Positions 13,301 to 25,301 of a stretch of 64,000 nt of DNA are shown here, in pieces. Below the pieces are notes generated by a model. That model searched no databases and was not told the DNA's origin. It saw only the letters and a list, made by a program, of their open reading frames with translations. The DNA comes from Monocercomonoides exilis PA203 (lineage: Eukaryota > Protista > Preaxostyla). A program made the translations under genes and the position numbers. Positions within the stretch are counted from its first letter, which is position 1. Each line of letters opens with the position of its first letter. Where the stretch lies: NCBI GenBank assembly GCA_001643675.2, contig LSRY02000036.1, positions 248,001 to 312,000 of the forward strand, given 5' to 3'.

Positions 13301-15200
13301 AAAAAGAAGAAAAATGAGATATTTGATAACGATCATCTCCAAAAGGCACTATAACATTAATGCTCTATGGGGAAACTTTTCAAATTTCTCTGAATCTCTC
13401 CGAAAGCAAAACAGGAATATCAGAGAGGCAGACTAAAAATGAAATTTCTTTGAGTTTCTTTGTGCATTTTCCTTTGTTTCCAAATTAATTTTTGTTTAAA
13501 ATTGATTTTTCTGCAATTGGAGGTAAGAAGTCGATGTCTTTATCGAAATTGCCTTCTTCGAAGAATGCTTCGTCTCTTTTGGGGGAAGAATGAGTTGTTT
13601 CAAGTGTGATGAATATGTTGGCTCTTTCTTCTCTTTCTCTTTCTTCAATTGATAATTCTGCCAATAATATCAACGACTCTCCTCTTTTTATTTCTGCTCC
13701 TTCTCTTTCAATTTCTTTTCTTTCTTCATTTCTACAACATATACAATCTCTTCTTCTTCTTTTTCTTTCTCTTCCTCCTCCTCTTCTATTTCTTTTTCGC
13801 CTTATTTTTCGTCTTCTTCTTCGTCTTCTTCGTCTTCGTCTTCTTCCTCCTCTCATTTCTGTCCTTTCTTTCCTTCTTTATTTGTTCTCATTCCTTTCTT
13901 TCTTCCTCAGTTCTGCTTCTGCAACAAATGTCTCTCTTGTCCTGCATCTGATCGAAGCATTCTTTTGCTTTTCTTGTGCAACCGCTGCTGTCTCCAGCCG
14001 ACAAACAATTGAATTCCCCGTCTCACTGCATTAGCTACCATGCGCTATGGATGAATCCTCACATTAAAAAAATGCCACTGCTTCAATAATTGCTGCAACT
14101 CGCAAAGAAGACGAATGAATGAATGAAACTTTATTCTTCTTGTTGGCGCACGAGCAGCAGAGTGAACTTAATCAGTGTCAGAAAGTATGTTTGATTGAAA
14201 GTTTCATCTGATGAAATTCTTTGTTTTTTTAAAAACCATTTCTAATAGAAGCCACAACACAAGATAAACACAGGCCAACAGCATAACAATCAGAAATTTA
14301 TATATTAAACAGCTGCAAGAGAAATCGCCCACTCTCAATGTTCGTCTGAGAAAACATGGCCGTCTTGTCTAACGTTTGCAAACACCTCAGCGCGCCCAAT
14401 GCGAAGCAACAAAGTCCTCACAAACCAACTCCGCATCAATGCCACGCAAATGGAGCATAACAATAAAATCTCTGGCTGTCTGCGCTTGAAGAGGCTGATC
14501 ACAAATATTCTGTATTTTTCTGTAGTTGCCTGTTGCGAAAAAGAAAACAAACTTCGAATGATAATCGCCTTGCTTGCTCAAAATGGCTGTCACTTCGAAG
14601 AATGAATTTCAAATGTGGTCGGCTTGAATGTTGTCCGATTGATAAAAAAATGCTCGATAATAGGTTGTATCTTTGATGGCGTTTCTCCACTCTTTTGAAG
14701 CAAAAGCGGAATCAGAAATAGAATTAAGTTACTTTCCATGCCTGCCTGGCACAGTCCGAGGAACAGGAAAACTTTAAAAATATAATTGAAGTTTTGGGGT
14801 TCTCCTTTTTTTCATTGAATTCTTGCCTTTTTTCATGATATATATCCTTCCCTCGATATTGCCAGCCACTTTCCATCCCCAAAAATACCCCAAACTGCTC
14901 TCCCTGCCTTATGCTCCAAAATTCTATATAATATTGTGCAGATTTTGCCTTCACAGAATTCCTTCTTTTTATCTTCATTCAATTAAATATCAGTTGAATT
15001 TGTTTTCATCTCTTGCACCAAATAAAAATCATGAAAATCATGTATCTTCCGTAACGTCCTTTATTTCCCAATGGCTGTATAATAATCTGCTCCATTCTCA
15101 TCGTGTTGCTTTCCAAAGCGGAGATTGGTCATTTCAACAATAACTCACATTCCTGCACTTTCGAAAGGATACAGATGGAAATATCCTCACAATTTGAAAA
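10400..15200. pseudogene. Degraded coding-like remnants (probably plus strand at 10.8-12.6 kb and minus strand at 13.3-14.3 kb)
   Basis: GC content is above intergenic level, but only short interrupted ORFs are present, for example 11378-11653+, 12276-12500+ and 13485-13856-. Confidence 0.25.
12856..13308. repeat. (AAAAG)n / (AAAAAG)n microsatellite, about 450 bp
   Basis: Directly visible pentamer array with hexamer sub-blocks. Confidence 0.97.
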
Positions 15201-15480
15201 ACAATAACAATAATAATGAATCACAACGTTTTCTTCATCTGAAATATCTTTTGGTTTGATCAAAAAGAAACAAAAGATTTCCTTTTTTGACTTATACAGT
15301 CAATTCTTGTGGCTTCTTCGCAATTTCTTTCGCACTTATTTTTATCAAACAATAACAAAACAGATTGAATAGCAATCATTTTAAGACTGAAAGATAATCA
15401 ATGTTGTTTGTATTTATCTTTTATTTTTTTATCTACCAGGCTTTATTCCTCTTTTTTAATGGATTTTTATATCAAACAGA

Positions 15481-16930
15481 ATGAGTTTGACAAATGATAT
15501 ATTTGAAGACAGAATACGGATGATGACCAAAAGCGAGAAATTTTCAAGTTTGTTCATTTATTTGGATAAAACGGTTTTGAACAAAATTTTTGTTTTTTGA
15601 AACTTATTTGCAGAATTGTTCCATGAGCTTGAGCGTTGCAGAGAAGACGAACAAAAACAGAAAATCAAGGAAATGAATGAAATGATTAATGAAATGGATT
15701 TTGAAGAATTCAAATCAGTTTTTACAGTAGAACTATTCAATAAAATTCACCAAATGATTGAAGAAAAGACATTTTCATTGGAAAATGCACTTATGTTATT
15801 GAAGCATGCTGGATATTACAAAGAGCTGAAATATTTTTCATATTATTATTTTGATTATTCGTTATTGAGCGAAAGAATGAAAGAGATGATGATTGATGAA
15901 AATGAGAAGAAGAAAGAAAGAAACGAAAAAATTCTTACAGATATCTGTGAATGTTATCTTTATTTGAAAGACGGGACTATTTCAAGACTGCCTTATGCAT
16001 GTGTGACTTGCCTTTTGAAAGTTGCATTGAAGAAAGACGAGACCGAAGAAGCTCAAAAAGAAGTGGAAATGGCTTTACTGGCTTTGAGTTGCATACGAGC
16101 AGAATCTGTATGATCATTTCTGTTTCATTTTTGAAGTTATTTATTTGTTTTTCTTGTATTTTTATTAGGAAATTGAACAAAAACTGTATTTGAATGAAAT
16201 CAAAGAAATTATTAAATATCACCAGGAACATCAGAATCTGACACGACTTACCTATCAATCAGCTTGGGGATTTTTGATAAACAGATTTTACAACGACGAA
16301 AGCTTGGAAAACTTGATAATGAATGAACTGCATTTTGGAAGAGAAGCAAGAAGAGAACTGGAAGAACTATCAATGTGCATCGACTGGAAGAGAAAAGAAG
16401 AAAGGGGAAAAGAAGCGAAAGAAGCGATTGTTATCGAGAGATGGATTTATGCTATTGATAATTACTTGACATGGTGCGCATTGTGGAGCGAGGAATTTGT
16501 TTCTCTTTTAAGGAGCATTGTTCAGGTATTTCGAGCATCAAGGAACAATTACAAAGAAATTCTAAATGGATGCCTATATACACTTAGGCACGCAGCAGAA
16601 AAGAAAGATGTGAAAATTGATGACTTGTTGAAAAGCGGAGCTGTTGGTCTCTATATGGAGGAAATGAAGCAATCAACTTTGCATGATAATATAATGTGGA
16701 ATTTTTTTCATTTCTTTTTGAATATTTCAAGGCGATTGAAAGAAAAGGAGGAGGATGAAATTGAAGAAATGAAAAGAAAGGCAACGAAAAGAAAGGTTTT
16801 TGAAAAAATGGAAGAAGAAGGATATGATGATATCATTGTTTGTTTCCATGAACTGCTACCTTTTTTCAGAGAAAGATTTTGGTTTATAAGTATATTGTTG
16901 GATGTTGCAGATTATCTTGTGAATGTGTAA
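15481..16930 (+). CDS. Uncharacterised alpha-helical protein of an expanded oxymonad-type family; exons 15481-15547, 15614-16107, 16169-16930
   Basis: ATG at 15481. Introns 15548-15613 (GTTTGT..GCAG) and 16108-16168 (GTATGA..TTAG) restore one frame (KSEKFS-KLFHELERC...ALSCIRAES-EIEQKLYLNEIKEIIKYHQEHQNLTRL) ending in TAA. The motifs resemble, from memory, a large Monocercomonoides family. Confidence 0.85.
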
Positions 16931-17344
16931 ATAAATAGATGAATTTCAAATGGAATATTTCTATTTGAATAAATTCAACTTATTTGAATGAACTGGGCTT
17001 TTCTTAAATGAAGTCATGTTATTTTAAATGGTCGAAGTGACACTTGAATAAAGTGCGATACACTTAAATAAAGTTTTTATGAAAAAGTGGTGAACACTTA
17101 TTATAATATTTTCACGATTTATCTTTCACATCATCAACAAAAAAATTGAAAAATTCTTAAAAAAAATAAGATTTTTCCTTTTTCTTGAACAATATTTGAT
17201 ATATGTTTGAAGAAGATTTTATTTGTCAAAAAGAGCGAGAAATGTTGAAAATTCAAAATTTATTCTTGTTATTCAATTCTATATAAGCTTTTTCACATTT
17301 TTTGATCTCTGTGTAATTAAATATAAAAAACAAAAATTTGTTTC

Positions 17345-20300
17345 TATTGATGTTCGTGAAGTGATCTACAGCCAACATTGCATGTAATTCTGAAGCGCTC
17401 AGTCGAGTCGACAGGTTGATGCAGCATTAGACTTCTCCACTTTCTCCGTTGACTGAATAAATTACGCATCCATTTATCGTTTTTTTTTCCACAAATTCTC
17501 TCAATATTTTGCTTGACTGCATTCTTCCACGCTTTTCCCCATTGATAGTCTGGCGATTTCCCTGTAGTCAACATTCTATGCCTTCGGATCCTTCTTTATT
17601 GTATCATCAACTATCTATCTCAAATCTTCCGCTTCATTCGAAACCTTCTTCCAACGAGCAATAAACACAATTAATCCAATCAAATGAATCTTAAGAATTA
17701 TCAATGTGATAACAATTGCAATCGATGATTGAGACGGTTTTCTTTCTCTTCTTCCTTCAGCAATTCTTTCATCGTTTTTAATTCAACTTCGCTGCTGTTC
17801 TTCAAAAGAAATTGTGCAGTTGATGCACTGTATTTGAGTTTTTTTACATGAAGCTTACAGCCACTTCAGTATTGTCAGACACCGAAGTTGCGATTGAGGC
17901 TGGATTATTGAATGGATTACAGTTTCATTTTCATAAAGTTCCACTTGCAACAAATATTTCTGAGTTTGTGGAGGGGTTCATTAAATAAATCTTTCTGGAA
18001 AAGCTAGTGCCAGGAAATGAACGAAGAACCAATGAGATCCAGGGGTATTGCAATGTCTTCTTAACAAGATATTACTGAATTCAGCTGTTGAATGAGGAAC
18101 GAGATGCTCTTTCTGAAGCCATTTTTCCAATGTTCTCAAACTGGTGGAAATACACATCGAAGCTCGGAAGAAAGCCATCCCCGACTTTCGAACTTTCAAT
18201 ATTCAGAAGCGCATGGACAGAGCAGGCGATGAAGTTCCTCATGTATGGATAACACACTGCGCTCGGGCTGTTGTTGGTAAATAATCCAAATTTAACGGAA
18301 ATGCTCCAGCCTGACACAGACAGACCTCCTTTCGATGAGTTGGCAATGCTCGTGTATATTACCTTTCATGGGCAATTCTGAAGAAAAACCATCGATCCAC
18401 TCCAACTGCACAACTCTTCTGATCGCTCATCGTTCGCTCTCAACTCAAGCTCGCTTGCTGCTCCATCAAACACACACGAAGCCACGAACGCATCAACAAA
18501 ATCTGTCAATGCATCAATATTCCCTTTTTCAGAGTGCGAAGCAAACTTTTTGTCTGAGCAGTTCTCCAATTCCAGCGACAAAGATGAAGATGAAGCAACC
18601 AAGCAGCACTGGCCAAGCGAATCTCGTGTAATGTTTTGAAATGAAGATTACTTCATATGAAATACTGAATCATTTGACTTCATACTCGCAGAGCATCTTT
18701 CTCCAAGCATCATGTTGGAAATGGCCAAGTAATTCGTCTCGACATTTATTTGTTGGCATTCGACAGAAACAAAAAATTCCCTTGACACATGTGTATCATC
18801 GAATTCCAAATGAATTCATTAATTGTTTGAATGGACTCTTGAACCATCTGAGGAAAGCACAATCATGTTTGATCCACTCTGAGTACCTCTCATCTGAATG
18901 TTCCGAAGCTGGGAGTCATTTCAGTTGTTAAGAATGAGGCCTGATCACAGAACTCTGCAAGTCGATGTGTGCAAAAGCAGCATGGATAGCAATGCCAGAT
19001 CGCTGAACTCTAACAACACAGCAGAATTCACTTCAGAAATATTCAAATCAACAAATGAACAATATTGTCCACCTCTTGCTTCAACACATGAAGAACTGAG
19101 ATGGACACCAGCAAAAGTGCAGTCCGACATCGTCAATCTTCCACAGCTCATTTCAATAATCGAGCTATTCAGTTTAATTTCAGAACCTCCACTCGATGCT
19201 TCTTGAGCAAAGATTGTGTCTGCAATCGACAAGCTTCCATCTGTCAGAAACAACAAACTGCAATGAGAAGAAGAAAAAGCGCTCCTAAACAAAAACGAAA
19301 GAGATTCCATTTTCACTCTCGATGAGCACAAAACGAGACTGCTTTTCTTGCTTCCGATGCTGCTGTTCAGCATTTCATACCCCCTGACTCCTTCCGCATC
19401 CAGCGATTTGACCGTCATACCATGTGTACTTGCTTCGCCAGGCACCAGGGCGTATTCTTCAATGAGCAAATTGCTGTAAACAGAAGGAATGATGTGAGGC
19501 AGCGTGGCATTCAAGAAAATACAAGGCTCGCTCATTTCCCCACACTTCCGGAGATCAGACGCGTTGCTGGTTGATGAAGACACAAATATCGTCTCGCCCT
19601 GATCCACAACCACAAGCATCACCAGATCTTACTCGTCGCCATTGTCTGGTGCTGTGCATCCCAACATCACAAACTCCCGAACAAATGGAGGTCTGAAATC
19701 GAGCTCGAACAGCTCGATTCCAATGTGAGTTTTTTCATTCGCGCATTTCACATATAAGTCTCTTCACACAACTGCTTTGTTTTCCATGAACGTCGTGTTT
19801 TTCAACAGGAAAGGAAGCAGCCCATCGCTTGCAATTGATGAGCAATCCAGTAATATTATGCCTCCTCTTCCAGTTGCAGAGTAGAAACACTCCGAGACAG
19901 CAGAAAAACGGCACTCGAAAAAGCTTTCTTCGCTTCAACTCATAATCATTCCTCCACCACTTTTGCTCTGGTTTCTTCAGCTGCTTTTTATCGACATGTT
20001 TTGCATAGATACGCTAAAAGACTTGCTCCAGATGCAGCTAATGATGGCGATACAGAAGAAGCACTTTGGAGGAGCAAGCAAAACGTGTAGCATTTCGGTT
20101 GTTCTGTTGAACTTTCGCCCTCATTCAATCTTTGTGAATCACCTCGCAATTCTGTCAGCACCAATGCTACCCAATTCTTTTAACCATCAGCTCCCTATCC
20201 CTCATCGAGACATTCGTCAAGTTAACGCTTCTGCCATAAGATGCATAATGTATGTTATCTATGGCTTTGATGAATTTGAATAAGCGGCTCGATAATTTGC

Positions 20301-20402
20301 ATGTTCCAGACAGGCAGGAAATTATACGGGAAGAATTGTCTGCTGAAGAAGCGCAGACAAATAGCAAGAGAAAAGCGGTTGAACTTCGTTCATTATTCAA
20401 TG
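17345..20402 (-). pseudogene. Decayed large Cys/Ser-rich surface protein (beta-helix/pectin-lyase-like family) with a C-terminal TM helix
   Basis: Signal-peptide-like start (STAFLLLFVCASSA), fragment IFVSSSTSNASDLRKCGEMSEPC at 18945-19622, and TM plus tail LIGLIVFIARWKKVSNEAEDLR*IVDDTIKKDPKA* near 17580-17720. Many in-frame stops. Confidence 0.65.
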
Positions 20403-21020
20403 AAATTTTGAAGACTCGTTTATTTGTTTTTTTTTTCCTTTTCAAAAAAATTATATCAATAAAAAATATTGGCCGATGATTTTCTCAAGTCTCTTAATGT
20501 TATCGAACTAATCTAATAATAAATGCCAGTTGTTTATGTATGTATTGGTGCAATCCAATTTGTTTTATTTGCTCAATAAAAAAATATATAATTCTTGAAA
20601 TAATTTACGAAATTCTTCTTTTCACCAGTTTCTTTAACCAAGTAAAAAACATGTGGATTACATAATTAGAAGATATAACAATCAACGGATGAAATGTTGA
20701 TATATTTTAAATCGTTTGTTGGTGCAAACAATTTTTTACAGTTTAATAAATATTTGATCCTAATGATCTTTGAAAGAATATTACCTTAACAACAAAAATC
20801 ATTTGGGACAAAATATTTTGCTTTAGATATTTGTTCCATTCTTCTCAAACAAATATTTTTCTCAGATTTTGAATTTTTCCGTAATTATTTGATTTGGGAA
20901 TGAAAGAACAATAATGATTAGGTTGGAGAAAAAGTTTGGAACAAATCTCAGTTTTTTTCTTAAATGAAAGAATTCTGACCTATTTCCAAAATTACTTTAT
21001 TAATTTGCAAATAATTTGTA

Positions 21021-21100
21021 CAGTTAAAACTGGATATAATCACATTGGGTTATGCACGACCTTTTTTGACTATATCCGATTGTGATAATATCCGATGTGA
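21021..21100 (+). mobile_element. Solo pogo/Tigger-like transposon terminus
   Basis: TA|CAGTTAAAACTGGATATAATCAC followed by inverted copies of the GGATATAATCAC sub-motif (GACTATATCC, GTGATAATATCC). No partner end seen in the window. Confidence 0.4.
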
Positions 21101-21251
21101 CTTTACACAGAAAAAAATAAAAATTTATTTTTGAAATAATAAATTTTGTGTCAAATTTTTAATTTTTGAAAATACTTCATTAAAACGCAATTTTCACTTG
21201 CGAAATCAATTTTTTGGATTTTGTTGTGTTATTTAGACTTATTAAAACATA

Positions 21252-21609
21252 CAGTTTGTGCAAAAAATACCGGACAAGATCGATTTCACAATAACTGCAA
21301 GAGGAATAATTCTGACAATTTTCCTCAAAAAACATTTCATTTATGCAAACTCACTTGACATGCAAGACTTACTAAACTTTATCGTTTGTGCTCAGAAAAA
21401 ATAAATATCGAAATCTCGGAGAATCTTAAAATCCTATTTCTCCGAGATTTAAAAAATAATTTACTCTTAGTACAAATGAAGCAATTTTGAAGGTTTAGCA
21501 TATCAAATGTGTTTATATTCATGATGTATATTTTGAGGAAAATTGTCAGAATTACACATTTTACAGTTATTGTGAAATCGATCTTGTCCGGTATTTTGTG
21601 CGATATCTG
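21252..21609. mobile_element. 358-bp palindromic MITE, Tc1/mariner type, TA target-site duplication
   Basis: Left end TA|CAGTTTGTGCAAAAAATACCGGACAAGATCGATTTCACAATAACTG; right end CAGTTATTGTGAAATCGATCTTGTCCGGTATTTTGTGCGATATCTG|TA. The arms continue inward to AAATCTCGGAGAA/TTCTCCGAGATTT around a 14-nt spacer. Confidence 0.88.
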
Positions 21610-22219
21610 TACCCGATTTCAATGATGATGATTTTTTCCCCCGGAATATGTGAATTTTTTATTTTCTGACAAATAATGATATTGGAGGTTCAATATATCA
21701 ATTTATTTGTGAATAAAGGTAAAATATGATATTTAAATCTCTTTTCAAAACTCAGTTGGAGACCATTTTTTCACAATAAATTTTTGAAAGATAAACTCCA
21801 TTTAATAAATAAAGAATAATTTGTTTAGCAATTTCAAATGATAAGTTTTCCAAATTTAAATAATTAATGGTGAATGTGATTTTCTGAGTTTATTCACGAT
21901 TAGTTAACCGTTATTATTCTTTTCTTGCATATACCATATTAATAAATAATTTAAACTTAACTTAGCCTAACTTATTTATTATAATAATAATTATAATTTT
22001 TTTTTTTTTTTTTTTTTTTTTTTGAAAGAAAATAAAAAAATGAATACTCGAATTTTTTTTTTTTTTGGTATTATTCCTTAATGCCTAAGTATATTTCAAA
22101 ACTTATCGTATTTGTATTATCGAATGAATTTATTTCTCACAAATTTATAATTTGTTTCATTTTGAAGAATGATAGAATTTCAGATTTTGTTTAAAAATAA
22201 TTATGGCGAAATATCAAAA

Positions 22220-23853
22220 ATGATTGGGCTGCTTTTGTTGTTTAGTGTCCAATGCAGTACATTAAAAAACTTTAAAGCAATAGGAGAAAACATGGTCAAA
22301 ACGTATAGCGAAAGAAATGACCTTGATCCTGTTATTTTATTACCAGGTTTTTCATGCTTTTTTTTGTTGATTTCATTGTGTAATTTCGGACTCAAGGGCT
22401 TGGAGGAAGTAGAATTGAATATCATAAGAACAATGATGCAATTTGGAAGCCACTTTGGCTTGATATTTCCAGGGCTCTTCCAGGAAAATATAAAGAATAT
22501 GTTCGAGAATTAACTGTGATGTACGACTCTAATACTGATACCTTTTCGTCCCAACCTGACATAGTAACAAGGCCTATTGATTTTGGAGGAATAGAAGTTT
22601 GAAAAATTCTTTTTCTTTCCTTTTTCACAAGATTTTTAGGGTGTCGAATATTTGGATAAAAATTTTAAAAATATGTCTGGAATGTACAGTGTTATGATAA
22701 AAGCAATGAAAGAAGTTGGATACGAGGTTGGTAAGAACCTTTTTGGAGCACCAGTTTGCCTTCTATTTCACTTATTTAAATATCACGATTTTCACCATTT
22801 TTCAATAAGTTTGATTTCCGCCTAGCAAACGCTAAACACATAATGCAAAACGGGATGTCAGAGAAATTAAAGCAACTTATTGAGCATGCTGCTTCGTGCA
22901 ACCCAGGAAAGAAGGTGCATCTCGTGGGACATAGCATGGGATGCACTTTTATTCATCAATTTTTGGTGAAATATGTAACTGAAGGGTGGAAAAAACGGTA
23001 CATTGCTTCTTTCATTTCAATAAGTGGTCCGTACGGAGGATCCTTTGAGGCTCTAGCGCATCTGTCATCGCCTCACATGTGGAATGAGGCTCCGATTCCA
23101 GCATCTATTATCCATGAGATGATATCCAGCTGGGCATCGCTTTATTGGATGCTTCCGAACTTTAATGCGTTTCAGGCAGATTCTGTGATTGCCAGCATCC
23201 CCAAAGCGCAGATGACGGTGACGATGGGCAATATGACCTCATTGTGGTCGACAACGAACCGGACAAGCGTGCTGCGTGGTGTGGAAAGCACAATGAAGTA
23301 TGTGAACATGATCGACCCGCCAAACGTGCCAGTGCATGTGTTCTATTCGAAGGGCATCAAAACATTGCGGCAGCTGAAGTTTGAGGGCGATGCGACGAAT
23401 TGGTGGAAGAGCGACTGCAAGGGCATCTACGGAGATGGAGACGACACTGTGCCTATTGAATCTCTGATGAGTGTGTGGATATAACATATACAGCTTTATA
23501 GTTATTATTTGTTATTTGTTATTTGTTATTGGTTATTGGTTATTTATTATTCTTATTATTCACAATGAAAATAACTGATGTCTTGTGCTTAATTGAAATT
23601 TCTCTCGAAAACTTTCAATTTTAATAATTTAATGCTATTAAAATATTTTAACGCAAAACATTTCTTCTTTCTTTCTTTTTCTTTTCTTTTTTTATGTGCT
23701 TTTTAATTTCCTTTTCCAGCTCCGCTGCGATGGAAAGAGATGCAAAGTGATCCAGTTACTTCGATGAGCCTTGATGGGGCGCACCACATAACAATTGTTC
23801 ATAACGGGAAGCTTGTTGACGAGATCGTCAACATCATATCGCGCAACCTATGA
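22220..23853 (+). CDS. LCAT: Lecithin:cholesterol acyltransferase / lysosomal phospholipase A2 family enzyme; exons 22220-22346, 22397-22596, 22640-22753, 22810-23470, 23720-23853
   Basis: Signal peptide; spliced motifs VILLPGLGGSRIE, FGGIEGVEYLD and GAPFDFR; nucleophile motif GHSMG; GDGDDTVP; C-terminal GAHHITIV His. Four GT-AG introns keep the frame. Confidence 0.93.
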
Positions 23854-25301
23854 TTTAGTTCAGGGTTGAAACACTCATTGAAATATTTGCTTTTCAACTG
23901 TAAAAATATAAACATAGAGATTTATTGCTTGTTAATTGATTTTTTCATCGAAAGAATCAAGAAATAATTAATTTTTTATTTGTATTTTTATTTAAATACA
24001 CTTTTTTTTTTGCATTCAATTGTTATTCCGGCTTTTATTTCTTTTTCTTTTCAGAACTGTCGATTTCACATTTTCTCGCTCAATAATCACAAAAATAAAT
24101 GTGATGAGTTTTCGGTTCAAACAATCTTGCTGTTAATGTTTTTTTTCTCCATTTGTATTTTTTCAAAAGCCTTTCAACAGACATGTGAAAGAAACCAACA
24201 GAAACGTTTGCCATTTAACAAAAAAATAAAATTTGAATTAGTTTTCAAAGAAAAAATATCAAAATAAAAATAAAAATAAAAATAAAAAAGATGAAGCTGA
24301 CTCAATGAGATGCTTCAGTAAGATGGAAGCATTACAATAAATATTACAGCAAAAGAAAAAGTTCAAAATAATGATGTCTCAACAAAAGGGAGATATTACA
24401 ATCAACAGAAACGAAATAAAAAATAATCTAAAATTCTTTAAAAAATTTAAAATTTCAAATAAATATCTTTTAAAAGAAGATTAAGTGAGTGGTTAAAAAA
24501 AAGAAAAAAAAATATTTTTTTTAAAATTATTATTAGCCTTTTTATTTTAGTTTGTATTTTGAAAAAAGTCAGCATAACATTTCAACGAAACAGAAATACA
24601 ACAGTAGAAATACAACACGAACAAAAATAAACTGCTCAGAAAGCACATTAATCAATAAAAAAAGAAAGAAAACGGTGATTACAAACTAAAAATAAAAAGT
24701 GAAGATAAAAATTGCATTATGTAAAACAAACAAATTGATAAGATTTAACAAGGCACGAAGCAACTGAGCTCAATTAGAACTACGAAAAATAATAAATAAA
24801 TAAATAAATAAAAAACAACCTTCCTTTTTAACATTTTTTTTGAAGTTACTCAAAAAATAACTAAAAAATACTTAAATAAAATTTAAATTAAGAAAAAAAA
24901 AAATAAAAATGAAGCAGCCCATCAAGCGCACATATGATAATGAAGTTATTAATTAGAGTCTAATTTCTTTTTAAAAAAACAGGAAATATTACAATCACAT
25001 TCACAAAAGCAATCATCATCATCATCATCATTGTGTCTAAGTAATTGCATCATCTTTACAATAGCAGTGAAAATAAAAAGTTGATAAGTATTATCACTAT
25101 CATTTTGAACAGAAATGTTCTTAGAAGTTATATATCACAATAGAAACAAAGGCAGTTGGCAAATACTTACAAGCAAGCTTTTTCATTTATTCATTCACCT
25201 ATTCATTCACTCACTCGTTCATTTTTTCATTCACTTTTTCATTCACTTTTTCATTTGCGCTTTATCACGACAATAAGCAGTTCCTTTGCAACTCAACATT
25301 C

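Noticed and set aside
12732-13354. F/S/L-rich and K/R/E-rich ORFs
   Set aside because: These are translations of the (AAAAG)n microsatellite.
13485-13700. Possible RhoGEF DH-domain remnant (RANIF...FGN)
   Set aside because: Too few residues match to support a call.
5600-19700. Stop-codon reassignment or readthrough (TAA/TAG at apparent Glu/Gln positions in broken ORFs)
   Set aside because: Intact genes end in TAA or TGA, multi-kb ORFs have no internal stops, and the broken regions also contain frameshifts and all three stop codons. Ordinary decay explains it.
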